This document shows positions 41,255-55,482 of a DNA stretch of 64,000 nt, one piece after another. The stretch is from Octopus vulgaris (lineage: Eukaryota), in assembly GCA_951406725.2 (NCBI GenBank), contig OX597823.1:86552001-86616000 (forward strand), given 5' to 3'. A program made the translations under genes and the position numbers. The notes below the pieces were generated by a model. The model was given only the letters and a program-made list of their open reading frames with translations, was not told where the DNA came from and made no database searches. How positions within the stretch are numbered: position 1 is the first letter of the stretch; every line of letters starts with the position of its first letter.

Positions 41255-41425
41255 TGGAGGAGGCTAGTCGATTACATCGACACCATTGTTAATTTATCGA
41301 CCTCGAAATGATGGAAGGCCAAGTCGGCATCGGCGGAATTTGAACTCAGAACAGAAAGAAGACGAACGAAGCGCTGCTAAGCGTTTTATTCGGTCGGCGT
41401 GCTAACAACCCTGCCAGCTTGCTGC
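41255..41425 (-). mobile_element. SINE family C, degenerate
   Basis: GGCGGAATTTGAACTCAGAAC core. Confidence 0.7.
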
Positions 41426-41452
41426 ATTATTATTATTATTATTATTATTATT

Positions 41453-42075
<623 letters not shown>

Positions 42076-42077
42076 CC

Positions 42078-42275
42078 TCTCTACAGGAAACACAAAGCCT
42101 CAAATTTTTTTGGGGAGGGATTAAGTCGATGAAATCGACTCCAGTACGCAACTGGTACTGAATTTATCGTTCCCGAAAGGATGAAAGGCAAAGTCGACCT
42201 CAGCGGAATTTGAACTTAGGACGTAGCGACGGGGGAAATATCGCTAAGCTTGGCGTGCTAACGATTCTGCCAGAA
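42078..42275 (-). mobile_element. SINE family C
   Basis: Core and second tail type present. Confidence 0.8.
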
Positions 42276-42285
42276 TGCTTTATTA

Positions 42286-42350
<65 letters not shown>

Positions 42351-42356
<6 letters not shown>

Positions 42357-42539
42357 TAGTTTTATTTTTATAGCGTGCTTTCACTTCACTACCGAGCGCA
42401 GCTCTGTGTGCCTTGGGTATGTGCTGTGATTTGTTGTGATGCTCTGATGGTTATTGTATGGAAAGTGTTCTGCGTAGGATGTGTGCAGTGCCTAGTAGTG
42501 CAATTTTCTGTATGTTATATGTGTTTGTAAGTCCTGGTG

Positions 42540-42543
<4 letters not shown>
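42351..42543 (-). mobile_element. R4/Dong-type 3' end, 5'-truncated
   Basis: Reverse complement of 42825-43066; lies inside an (ATT)n tract. Confidence 0.85.
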
Positions 42544-42584
<41 letters not shown>

Positions 42585-42588
42585 ATTA

Positions 42589-42838
42589 AGGCCAATATGT
42601 CAGATATATTTATCAGAGATCATGAAGAGAAAAATGCTTTCTAATTGATGTATCAATACCAGTAGATGATAGCGTTTCTCTAAGAGAAATGAAGAAACTT
42701 TCAAAATACAAAGACCTGGAAATAGAGGTAACAATAATGTGGAATCTAAAAACGGAAACAATTCCTATCATAGTAAGCGCATTAAGTATGATAAAAAAAA
42801 AATATTCAGACAAATACATAACGAAAACACAAGGACTT

Positions 42839-42902
<64 letters not shown>

Positions 42903-43066
42903 CATACAGAAAATTGCACTACTGGGCACTGCACTCATCCTACGCAAAACAATTTCAATACAGTAACCATCAGAGCATCACAACAAATCACAGCACATAC
43001 CCAAGGCACACGGAGCTGCGCTCGGTAGTGGAGTGAAAGCACGCTATAAAAATATAACTACTGAAT
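42589..43066 (+). mobile_element. R4/Dong-type restriction-like endonuclease domain and 3' UTR
   Basis: CFLIDVSIP..KLSKYKDLEIEVTIMWNLKTETIPIIVSALS..IQKIALLGTALILRK; followed by (AAT)n. Confidence 0.85.
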
Positions 43067-43097
43067 TACAATAATAATAATAAAAAAAAAAAAAAAA

Positions 43098-43147
<50 letters not shown>

Positions 43148-43589
43148 GCTCTCATGGCTTCTGATCTTAACTGATTGAAAGTGTTATCATGTACATTGTT
43201 TTGTCTTGGTATAAAAGATGGGCTACAGCAAATATTCTGCTCAATACCACAGATTTGCTTGTCAGTTGTTTGACCGTAACCAGTTGACCATGTCCCTTAG
43301 TGGCTGACAATATGTGCATCTCTGATCACGAGCGGAAGTAGTGGGGGAGCATCGTAGCCATGTGTTGAGAGGGATTCTGTGGGTTACTTGACCGGAAGAA
43401 AATTCTAACTGGGCCCCACCTGCAAGGTCATGTGCTGTTTATCTTCATATGAGATCACCATGTTGCGCACATATGGTTGTGATGCATGTGCCTGGTGTAC
43501 CCTTATCAGACGGGTAGTCATGATGGGTATACTGGGCTTTGTATATTTTACCCCAGTGTCACTTTGATGGCATGCACTGCTCTCTCACC
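43148..43589 (+). mobile_element. Non-coding retroelement 3' end embedded in (AAT)n
   Basis: Same family as 41453-41786, longer at the 5' end and with an internal deletion. Confidence 0.75.
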
Positions 43590-43693
<104 letters not shown>

Positions 43694-43706
43694 TAATAAT
43701 AATAAC

Positions 43707-43775
<69 letters not shown>

Positions 43776-44454
43776 GTGATTATATATAAAATGTCAGGTG
43801 TTTTGGTGCGTGACTTTGGCACACCCTGTATCTATAGGCTTTGCTTGGTCAACAAAAAAATGTTATGTCGTATTTAATGGCTTTAGTCAATATCCATTCG
43901 TTAGCTATAATCTACCATTCTACGTAGTTTTACTTAATCATCATCCATTGAACATTCATGAATTGCATTAGTTGATGCTTTTTATATATATTAAAATATC
44001 ATTTTGGTCTGAGTACATTTCTACCCACATAATAAAAAATTCATTCGTCTAGCTTGTAAATGCTTCACATCTTGAACGTTGTATGTGACATTGCAAACAA
44101 TATCATTTCGTCATTTTGAAATGTCAAATAGCACATGGCCGAGTAAATAAATTTAACATTAGTCAGCATCATCATCATCATCAAATTTCGCATTTTTTTT
44201 TACAAGTAATGTGTTGTATAAAAGGCGAAACACTCGACTTTTTCATAACAAACGAGGGAATCTCCTAGTTGACTCTCCTTGGGTGTTCATCGTTTTAGAA
44301 ATAAGCCGGTGGTGCGGAACGAAATCAGTGTTATACGCTGCCATCTTACGAAGGAGAGGGACATTTGCTAATTCGTACAGGAATAGAACAGTATATGAGA
44401 AATGTGGGATGGTCACAGCTGGAATGTCATGTATTCAAATCTTCTCAATAATCC

Positions 44455-44750
44455 ATTCTGTTATAGGCACAAGGCCTGACAGTTTACAGGAGAGTAATAG
44501 TCGATTACATCGACCCCAGAATTTAACTGGTATTTATGTTACCAATTTCTTTATTGCCTACAGAGGGGCTAAAAACAGAGAGGACAAACAAAAACAGACA
44601 AATGGATTAAGTCGATTATATCGACCCCAGTGCGTAACTGGTACTTATGTTATCGATCCCGAAAGGATGAAGAAAGTGATCATCGTCGGAATTTGAACTC
44701 AGACTAACAAATTACTGTTAAGCATCTTGTCTGACTTGCAACTCGTCACC
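44455..44750 (-). mobile_element. Nested SINE family C units
   Basis: Two CGATTAYATCGACCCCAG segments; younger tail begins at about 44545. Confidence 0.75.
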
Positions 44751-45249
44751 TTGATCTTCTCAATAATGGGTGGCGGAAAGTTAAACAACAACAACAAAAA
44801 TAATAGGTGACGAAATTGCAGAGTCGTTAGAATGACAGACATAATGTTTCGCGATATTTGTTTCGTTTTGAGTTCAAATTTCGCCGAGATCAACTCTGAA
44901 TTTCATCCTTTCAGAGATCGATTCGAAAGGTATCAATCTAAGGCCATAAATTGTAGGAGAACGTTAAACCGGATGTCTTTCGGCATTTGTTCCAGCTCTT
45001 TGAATTCTAAGTTCAAATCCCACCGTGAATTCCCTTGGGTAGATCATGGTGAGATCTTGGTAGACCCAGTTAAACACTGCCACCTGATACCTTGGTCATA
45101 TTTCGCGGAGTTTACCCTTCAGAATCAGCCTATGAATTCTTCAGCCGACCCTCATATTACAAAATCGAAAAGTGTTACTGTGCTTTACTAATTTCTCTGT
45201 TGGTTTGATTTTCGAAGTTATTTGCACTATTTCCTCCTGCGCAGATCAA

Positions 45250-46701
45250 CAATGGTTTCTACTGGTGTTATACCTGCAGACTGGAGAACAGCGATAATCT
45301 GCCCAATTTTCAAGAAAGGGAGCCGCGAAGACCCGCTTAACTACCGACCGGTTTCCCTTGCATCAATTATCAGCAAGATGTTCGAAACCATCCTTAAGAA
45401 AAGTATGATGCTCCACCTCCTAAACACAGCCTCTATCTCTGATTCCCAACACGGCTTCGTGCCGAAGAGATCATGCTTGACCAACCTACTAGTAATGGAA
45501 GAATTGGTGACGCGCATCCTCGATGATAGTGATGCTGTTGACATCGTTTTACTGGACTTTGCCAAAGCTTTTGACTCGGTAAACTACCGCCTATTGCTTG
45601 TCAAGCTTCAAGCATATAGTTTCCATCCGGATATTGTACGATGGGTTGGTGCCTTCCTCTCAGATCGCTCCTTCCAAGTCCAAGTTAATGGTTCGCGGTC
45701 CGACGTCTCCAGTGCGAGCAGTGGCGTGCCTCAAGGTTCAGTGCTTGGGCCCTTGTTGTTCTTAGTCTTCATAAATGACTTGCCCGACGACCTCACGCAA
45801 CAAACCCTTCTATTTGCCGACGATATCAAACTGGTCGCTCCTCGCAGTAATATAGAGGATCTTCGTCGATGCCTCCACCAGATTTGGAAGTGGTCTAACA
45901 ATTGGGACCTGTGTCTGAACGTGTCAAAGTGCTGTCATCGGCCTGTCGGCTCTACTCCTGCAACTCAACTTGATTTCGAGCCGGGTTGTCTGCTGCTGGA
46001 GAGGACCGATCAGCTAAAGAACCTAGGTATCTTGGTGGATTCCTCCTTTTCGCCTTCGGCCCAGTGCGTCCATGCTGCCAACAAAGCACGCGGAATTCTG
46101 TTCTTGATTCGACGGTCATTCGGAATGCTCACAGCAGCCATATTCCTACCACTCTATGTCACGCTGGTGAGACCCATATTGGAGTATGGGATTCAAGCCT
46201 CTTCTCCTTATCTCCTCAAAGACATACATCATCTCGAAAGAGTCCAGAAGCTGGCTACCCGCATGGTTCATGGTCTCAAAAATTTGTCCTACGAAGAAAG
46301 GCTGAGGACGCTCGACCTTTATTCTCTTGAAAAACGCCCCGCCGTGGTGATCTCATTCTCGCCCACAACATCATAAGCGGAAAGTGTAACCTCTCGAAAG
46401 AGCTGTTCTTCACTCCTGCTCCAGAGCGTCGGCTGCGGGGTCATTCCGAAAAGCTCTACCTGCGACGATTTCATCTCAATCGAAGGAGAGGAGCTTTCTC
46501 CGTCCGGGTTGCGGATCATGGAACAAGCTGCCAGACGAGATGGTGAAGATGCCGACGACCGCTTTGTTCAAAGCCTCCCTTGACCTCAAGTGGCCTGAAC
46601 TCTTTACATGAACACCACTCTGTACTTAACTCCATGTCCCCCTACATGGCCTTGCTATTTGCTTTTGAGCCAAATTAACTAACTAACTAACTAACTAACT
46701 A
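45250..46701 (+). mobile_element. CR1-clade LINE, 5'-truncated; RT domain open, C-terminus frameshifted, (AACT)n tail
   Basis: ORF 45222-46376 contains PIFKKG, NYRPVSL, QHGF, LDFAKAFDSV, SGVPQGSVLGPLLF, LFADD and LVRPILEY; continues in other frames as RGDLI..LRGH..WNKLP; tail AACTAACTAACT. Confidence 0.93.
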
Positions 46702-46749
46702 CTTCTTCCTCTAGATTTCCTTTTCCTTTTCATTGGGTTCATTTTTATA

Positions 46750-46966
46750 CGACGGTGTGTTGAAAAGTTCCTCGTTTTAAGGGTACCGCGAAAGGCCTAG
46801 TTGGAGGCCCAACCTTCTGAGTTCTTTTTAAGAGCTTAGAAAAACTGAAGGACCACTACAATAAGTGTGTGAATCTGAAATGGGAATGTATTGAATAAAA
46901 TCATAATTAACCGATCCTCCTTTATTTTCTTTTACCCAAGACCAGGAATTTTTCAGCAGTCCCTCG
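46750..46966 (+). mobile_element. Mariner-derived MITE retaining the transposase C-terminal remnant
   Basis: TA-flanked TIRs; internal EKLKDHYNKCVNLKWECIE* resembles the mariner C-terminus. Confidence 0.8.
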
Positions 46967-47861
46967 TATAGCCGTAGTTGTTCAATGGAAGTTATATGAT
47001 TTATTTTGTTGTTGCTTTCTTCATCAATCGATACATCCACTAATTGTGTTTTTCTCGTTGCTTTTATATTTTCTACATTGATACCACCGAGCAACATACC
47101 AATTTACACATGTCCCAGGTCATTCGATATATGCAATCCATATTTATTAACCACTATAACTATTTCCTTTACGCTGGAATTTCTTCTTTGAAATATCTAG
47201 AACGTAAAAAGAGATCTATTTTTGAAACCAATGGAGAGATTAATTAGTTTATTTTATCGGTCTCAGAAGGACGAATAACAAATTTAAACTTGGGATCTGG
47301 ACTTAAAAATGAAACAGCCTGAACAAATATTATAAAACGTTTTTCAGACACCAGGTGATTCTGTCAGCCCGCATCTTTTAATTGTGTTGTCACTAATTTA
47401 GGATCAAAGCTGGTAATTTTGGAGAGAAGGATGTAGTACATATCAGCGACTCAAATGATATACAGCTACTTTATTATATCGACCCTGGAGGAATGATAAG
47501 CAGAGTTGACTTTATTGAGTTTTGAACTCAAAAGGTAAAGATCTGAATTAAATAATTGTCAGCTATTTTCTGTGACGCTTTAATGATTACGTCAAACAAC
47601 CACTAACCTAATTTAATCAACAGGGAAATTTTCCGATTATCTTATACATAGAAATGATTTATAACTGTCTCTGTTTACTGTACTCTTGTGTCATATAAAT
47701 ACGCAATTATTCTTTAAATTGTCGATTTAAGATAAGTGTTATCAACCACTGTACTGTTATTTTTGTATCTATGACTACGAAATGTGTCCATATAGCGATT
47801 CAGGCTTACGGACATTGATATTTTTTGCAGCTGTACTCATCACAATGCTTCGTTTTAATAT

Positions 47862-48300
<439 letters not shown>

Positions 48301-48325
48301 GTGTGTGCTATATTACGATTTTAAA

Positions 48326-48576
48326 AAGTGCTTCTCAATCATCCTTTTCCTACGGACCCCTTCCTATTTTACTCAGGTGAACCCTTCAAGGCATTCGATA
48401 TTTAAAATATTCATATAACATTTTTATACTCAATATTTATTAGGAATTGTATAAAAATGATTATTTAAATATTTTGCGTATTGTAGGAGTATAACTTATT
48501 CAGTGTAGATAAATACTAAGTACAAAATCTCAAATGGACCCCTATGGGTGATATGGCCCCCGGGTGAGAACCGATG
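48326..48576. mobile_element. hAT-like MITE
   Basis: Imperfect TIRs AAGTGCTTCTCAATC / GGGTGAGAACCGATG, each flanked by TTTAAA. Confidence 0.6.
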
Positions 48577-49629
48577 ATTTAAAGGAGGTTCCTTATCAGT
48601 GTTCTACTGGAGTACAAAACGTCGGGAAAATCTCAGTTAACGAGTAAAGTTTGAGCAAATTATTGTAGCAATGAGCAAGCTGCTACGTCGGAGCCGGAAT
48701 ATGAACTAACTCCACCCTTCTAAGACATGAACTCAACTACCTACGATCCTGAAATCTGATATTGCCGTGGAAAATAATTATTTCCTGCATTAACACAATG
48801 CTGTACATTTTTGTAGGAATGTATATACTCCTTTATATAGCTGACACTTACTATTTTCATCCCGTAAGGTGAAATGAAACCAGGTCCGATTTCAGTTCAA
48901 AAAACGAAAGAAAGTAACCTAATACTTTAAGTAATTGTGTTGGGGCTCCCTACTGTTTTATCAGTCCTGTAGTATGTAATAATGATTTATTATATTAGCA
49001 CAAAACCGTGATATGGTGTAATCATTTAAATCTGCGATCGTACACGAAGGGAAGCACTTCTTTTACTGACTTCAGTGTGATGAAAGTTGTTGTCACACAT
49101 ATCGCAATTTGAACTCTAAGCCCTTTGAGGTACCAGGTAGTTTTACCAGCATTCTAGTGACTCTGACCTCCGCTTTTTCTGCAGAATCTTATGTAGGTAC
49201 AGCCCCGAGTTTCTAGATATTGATGGTCCAGAACTGATTAAAATCTGCAGTAATTTACACTAATGTACAGATACCTATATTTCATTTATTTACGTAAATT
49301 TAATATTTGCCTTAATCAAAGTGTACTGACCAAGGACGCCATCTCCAGTTCGGGGAAATCATTAACTGAGAAAGGCTTTGGAGCCAAAATGATCTGGAAA
49401 ACCGATATTGTACCTGTAAGGATTTCGAAGGAAAACAAAATAAAGGATTATAAAACTGCGAGGATTGATTATAAACGAATCTGACGATTGATTAATACTT
49501 ATATTATTGACTCTGGAAAAACGAAAAACTTTTGTACTCAGAAAGTAAAGAGTCAGAAGAAACGTTATTAAACATTTAATCCGGTGTGGTAACAATTCTG
49601 ACAACACACCACCTCTTCTTATTCTCGAT

Positions 49630-50345
49630 AATGGTTTCAAATTTTGGCACAGGACCAAAAGATTTTAAGGGGAAGAAGTTCATTACAACGACCACAGTTC
49701 TTGACTGGTACTTACTTTATCGACCCTGAAAGGCTGAGAGGCAAAGTCGACTGTGACAGAATTTGGACCCAGAACGTAAAGGTGGACGAAACGTTACTAA
49801 GCATTTAGTCCGGTACCATAATTATTCTGCCAAATCGCCGACTTTTCTAACTCTCGATAATAACAATGCCATATGAAAGAATTTGCAATGGTGTGAGTCA
49901 GTATGCACAACGACAGAAAGAGCATCAAATAATGCATATCTATTCTGATGTATGTTCAATGTATTATGATTTAGCAATGCCACTTGGAATTGTAAATTAT
50001 AGAAAATGAATGAAGAATGAAAAAGTTCAGTAAGATGATTAGCTTGTTAACGTAGGAAAACTATGATACTCGTGTAAAGAAAACATACATGCATACATGC
50101 ATGCATATCTGCGAATGAAAAAAAAAATGTTATTATTATTATTCTTTTCTAGGCACAAAATTTAGGGGGAGGGGGCCAGTCGATTAGATCGACCCCAGTA
50201 TGCAACTGGTGCTAAATTTATCGACTCCGGAAGGAAGAAAAGCAAAGTCAACCTGGCCGGAATTTGAACTCAGAACGTAAAGACGAACGAAATACAGGTA
50301 TGCATTTCGCCCGGCGTGCTAACGTTTCTGCCAGCTCATCGCTTT
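49630..50345 (-). mobile_element. Two SINE family C copies (about 49630-49845 and 50145-50345)
   Basis: Cores visible in both. Confidence 0.75.
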
Positions 50346-51164
50346 ATCATTAATATTATTATTATTATTAGTTAAAACAGTTTGCTTCGGCCCTGTCCAT
50401 CTTAAAGTATCGTAGGCTTCTTACAGAAAGCCAGTGTTGAATACTTTGTTCTTTCGTTTGTCCACTCATCTGCACACACACTCACATATATATATATGGA
50501 AGGATACATAGATAGATGAGAAAGAGAGACATATATGTACGTTAAGCGAGGAGATAGATAGGCATACATAGCTGTATGTGTGTATATACACACACACACT
50601 TACATATATACACCTAAATAACCGCAGAAGTTGTGTAATGTTGATTGAGATGGATATATAGCTGGGGCAAGAGTTATATTTATCTAGTAGTAGTAGCAGC
50701 AGTAGTAGTAGTAGCAGCAGCAGCCGAATATATAGGGCGTAACAGAAGCAAAAAATAGTACAATATAGGGGGAGTACAAGCAGATGGGTAGAGTAAACTT
50801 CAGTTGAGAGTGTCTTTACAGAGAGGTGATAAATTGAACAGTTTAAAAGAGAAAAATGAAATAAATTGTTAAATAAAGTTGGAAGAGAAAACATAAAGAC
50901 TTAATGAAAAGGAACGTGAAAAATAAAGCATACTTGTCAAGGTGAATGTGTGGGAAAAGAAGAAAAAGAAAACAGTCTGAAAGTGGTCGTGTCTGAAAGG
51001 AAATGTGGCTACAAAAGGGAAGGATCTTGTTGACAATGGCGGCTGGTGAGAAATTTTGCATATAAAGAAGGAAGATGATTTATAACATGAAAATTAGATA
51101 GTCGTTTACTGAGCGACACAAAATGCAAAATAGGAAGCGATAGAGAGAAAGAAAGAATGAGATC

Positions 51165-51203
<39 letters not shown>

Positions 51204-52704
51204 CAGTATATACAAAAGATGTCAAAGAAGGATGATTTCGAATGAAAAATAAAAAAACAGAAATGGAAGAAAAATATAGGAGAAAAAATTAAGAATGTGT
51301 GTTGAAGTGAATGAAAGAAAAAGAAAAGAAGAGAAGACATAGAAATTAGAAAGAAGTTTTAAACATGCGTGCACAGATCCCTGGTAACATAAAAGAACTG
51401 TGGGTGGGGGTGGTTCATAAGAAAAGAAGATAGAAGAAGATTTAAAGAAAAGAAGAAAAAACAACAAAACGTAGTAGCAACAATGAATGAAATACACACA
51501 CACACACATACACATATATGTAGGTAGCAGCTAAAATGCAAGATGCCTTGAGGAAGAAAAAAATGGCTGCCCCAAGTGAAGTAGCGGGTGGGTAAAAAAT
51601 TTAACAAGTATAAAAATTATATATATATATATATGTGGTTGTGAAAAAGCGGCCTTATTTCAAACAAGATGCAGAGTACACGGAGGTGGGCACGACACAG
51701 TGTAAGCGAGGTTAAAGGGCCCGAGAAGCACGCCCTCTCCCAGTATGTGTATACGTAGTCAATGGAATATTTTTCTTTTTTCCTTCTTGCTTAGTTAATT
51801 TTTCCCCCTTTATCTTTTTCTTCTTCTTTTCCTCTTTTCTTTTATTTATTTTTTCAAGAGTTATTCATCTTTAAAAGAACCCGTTGAAAGGCTGGTACGC
51901 AACGCTTTTCAACGACAGTCAAAGCTCCCGCTTTGTCGAATAGCAGGGACTGATTTTCAATTTTCTTCAGAACAATTGCCAAGACCGGCTGAATAGCGGC
52001 GTGTTGATTTCATTACCTTGGACAACAATATCAATTCAGCATACGTCGATTTCACATGAATAGCTTGTATTTGTCTCCGCTCCTCCATTATATCAGGAAC
52101 AAAAGCCTACCATTCTGAACGCCGTTCTCACCCATTCAAACAACCACTTCATATGTATTGTAGTCTATGAATTGAGGTTTCCTCCGTCATGCGCCGGCAT
52201 TATATTGACATTATAGTTCCCTTGTTGTACTAAATGATAGCATGGTTATGTTGAACCAGATGAAGAATTAGCGACATTTGAGGTCTTTCAAAACTCATTT
52301 TAACATTGCTTCTTACTACTACTAAGAAGCAAAACGAAAGAGATAAAGGAAAGGAGAAAAGAGGAAAGAGAATCTAAAATAACAAAATAAATAATAAAGA
52401 ACATTTTTTTTTTCTTAAAAACACACTCATACAGATACAGGAAAGAAAGGAAAAGGGAAAAACGAATGGCATAATACACTAGTACTACGTGACAACAGCA
52501 GTAAATGTTTGTTGTAGCAGACATAAGCTGTAGTATTAGCTGCAATAGTGTAGATACGTGGTACATCAAATACTGAAGGAGAAAAGATCAATAATTTTAG
52601 TATTAGTAGTAGTAGTAGCAGCAGTAATTTATTACAGCACACAAGTAGTATTTCTGTTTATTTTTTATTTTTTATCAATGACGTTGGTGTTAGTGATAAA
52701 TCTA

Positions 52705-53860
52705 ATGATATTCACATCATTAATTAAGATGTAAAAATATATTTTCTGTAATTATGTAAACTTCTTACATTAACAGGAAGCCATAGATTTGCGAGACAGT
52801 AGTTCAAGTTCAATTTATCCACTTGACCTCAGTGTATTACAGCTACATTTTGTCGCGACCCTGGAGACATATGGCCTAACAAAATAAAGGGACGTAACTG
52901 AACACCGCAATGTATGTAACTCGGAGTAATGCAGCCTCTTTTACCACAATAAAATATTTAAAAAATAATTCTTTCAAACTTTAGCATAAGGCCAGCAGTT
53001 TTGAGAGGAGGCGCTAACATAGAGTCCAATGCTCGACTGATCTCATTAGGGATAAAATGTAAAGTCGACTTCGGAGTAATTTTAACTCAGAAAGTAAAAA
53101 CAGACGAAATGCCGAAAAGCATTTTGTCAGGCGTGCTAACGATTCTACCAGCTCGCTGACCTTTAATAAGAGTTTCAAAATTTAGCTCAAGGCCAACAGA
53201 TTTGAGGATGAGAATTTGATTACATCGAGCACAGTGCTTCACTTGTACTTACTTTATCGACCAGAAACCATGACAGCTATAGCTAACTTCAACGGTATTT
53301 GAACTCAGAAGGTAAAACCAGAAGAGATGCCGCTATGCGTTTTGCCCGACGCGCTAACGATTCTGCCAGTTCACAGATTGTAACTAATGGCTTCAAAATT
53401 TGCTACAAGGCCAGCAATTTTTAGGTGGGTGCAGATTAATTACATCGACTGCAGTGGTCAAGTACTACTTATTATATCGAAACTGAAGGGGATGAAAGAC
53501 AAAGTCGGGATCTGTGGAAATTCAAAACAGAACGTGGAAACAGACGAAATACCTATTTCTGTATTACCCACAAGGGGCTAAACACAGAGGGGACAAACAA
53601 GGACAGACATAGGTATTAAGTCGATTACATCGACCCCAGTGCGTAACTGGTACTTAATTTATCGACCCCGAAAGGATGAAAGGCAAAGTCGACCTCGGCA
53701 GAATTTGAACTCACAACGTAACGCAGACGAAATACCGCTAAGCATGTTGTCAAACATGTTAATGATTCTGCCCGCTCGCTGCCTTAACTTTTAAAAATTA
53801 ATAACGGTTTTAAATTTTAGAACAATGTTAGCAAGTTCGATAGTGGTGGATAGTCGATTA
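52705..53860 (+). repeat. Left arm of inverted segmental duplication (right arm 61660-62468)
   Basis: ATGATATTCACA..AATTAAGATGTAAAAATATATTTTCTGTAATTATGTAAA and the following sequence are reverse-complemented at 62468-61660. Confidence 0.9.
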
Positions 53861-54298
53861 CTGCACAACAGATACATAATTTATCGACCCCGAAATCGAA
53901 ATGATAACATGTAAAATCGACCCCCCGCGAAATTCGAAACCAGAATGTAAAGATGGACGAAATGACACGAATGACAACTAGTACTCAATTTATCGACCCC
54001 CGAAAGCATGAAAGGCAAAGTCAACCTCGGCGGAATTTGAACTCAGAACGTAAAGACAGATGAAATACCTATTTCTTTACTACCTACAAGGGGCTAAACA
54101 GAGAGAGGACAAACAAGGACGGACAAACGGATTAAGTCGATTATATCGACCCCAGTGCGTAACTGGTACTTATTTAATCGACCGAAAGAATGAAAGGCAA
54201 AGTCGACCTCGGCGGAATTTGAACTCAGAACGTAACGGCAGACGAAATACGGCTACGAATTTCGCCCGGTTTGCTAACTATTCTGCCAGCTCGCCGCC
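52960..54298 (-). mobile_element. Tandem array of about seven SINE family C units of mixed age
   Basis: Repeated AAAGTCGA..GAACTCAGAA..GACGAAAT cores. Confidence 0.85.
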
Positions 54299-54579
54299 TT
54301 TAATACTTTTTAATATTGAAGTAAAAAGGAAACTGACAGCTTTTAAACTACTATATTGACATAAATTGGCTAGTATTGACCCAGCATTTTATTTTCATCG
54401 ATCTTTGAAGGACGAAATACAGAGCTATCTAGAACGAGATTAGTACTCACAATGTAGAATCATAAGAGAACTTTGCAAGCATTCTTATAACAAAAATTCC
54501 AATACAGTTGCTTATATTGAGCCATCAGTTGGTCGGTATTTCATTGTAACAATCTCCAATGTATGAGAAGAAAACTCGA

Positions 54580-54730
54580 CTTCTTTCTGTTGCCGCCTAC
54601 CGAACCCACTCACAAAGTTTGGTCGGCTCGAGGCTATAGCAGAAGACATTTGCCCAAGGTGCTACGCAGTGAGATTGAACCCGGAACCATGCGGTTGAGA
54701 AGCAAGCTACTTACAACACAGCCACACCTT
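54580..54730 (-). mobile_element. SINE family B 5' half
   Basis: GAACCCGGAACCATG..AGCAAGCTACTTAC. Confidence 0.75.
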
Positions 54731-54840
54731 GACCTATATTCTTAGATAATTCTTCAATAATTAGACTTAAGCCGAAATTTGAAACCGACATTCTTAAATA
54801 ATTATGACGATTTCTTGCACAATCATGAGGTAAGTTTTAA

Positions 54841-55088
54841 GGCGGCGCGCTGGCAGAAAATGATAGCACGCCGGGCGAAATGCTTTGTGGTATTTCGTCT
54901 GTCATTACGTTCTGAGTTCAAATTCCGCTGAGATCGACTTTGCCTTTCATTCTTTCGGAGTCGGTATATTAAGTACCAGATGCGTACTGGAGTTGTTATA
55001 TTAAGTACCAGTTGCGTACTGAGGTCGATCTAATCGACTATCCCCCTCTCCCAAAATTTCGGGCCTTGTGCCTAGAGTAGAAAAGAAT
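54841..55088 (+). mobile_element. SINE family C with internal tandem duplication
   Basis: TATTAAGTACCAGWTGCGTACTG occurs twice. Confidence 0.85.
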
Positions 55089-55139
55089 CTTAAGGTAAGG
55101 CATTTACGAATATTGTTCTAGTCAGTTATGTCGACTCTA

Positions 55140-55482
55140 TTTAATCGAGCAATTCGATCCCGGGACTTATTCTTTTGTAAGCCCAGTACTTATTCTTATT
55201 TGCCGAACCGCTAAGTAACGGGGACATAGACACACCAGCATCGGTTGTCAAGCAATGCTAGGGGGACAAACACAGACACACAAACACACACACGCATATA
55301 TATATATATATATATATACATATATACGACGGGCTTCTTTCAGTTTCCGTCTACCAAATCCACTCACAAGGCTTTGGTTGACCCGAGGCTATAGTAGAAG
55401 ACACTTGCCCAAGGTGCCACGCAGTGCGACTGAACCCGGAACCATGTGGTTGGTAAACAAGCTACTTACCACACAGCCACTC
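55140..55482 (-). mobile_element. SINE family B
   Basis: Colinear with 13866-14265. Confidence 0.88.

Noticed and set aside
45222-46376. 384-aa ORF as a host or complete gene
   Set aside because: 5'-truncated LINE ORF2 without an endonuclease domain; the start is fortuitous and the C-terminus is frameshifted.
52960-54298. Repeat-spacer-like periodicity suggestive of a CRISPR array
   Set aside because: Units are ~190-bp SINE copies in eukaryotic DNA, with no unique spacers or cas genes.
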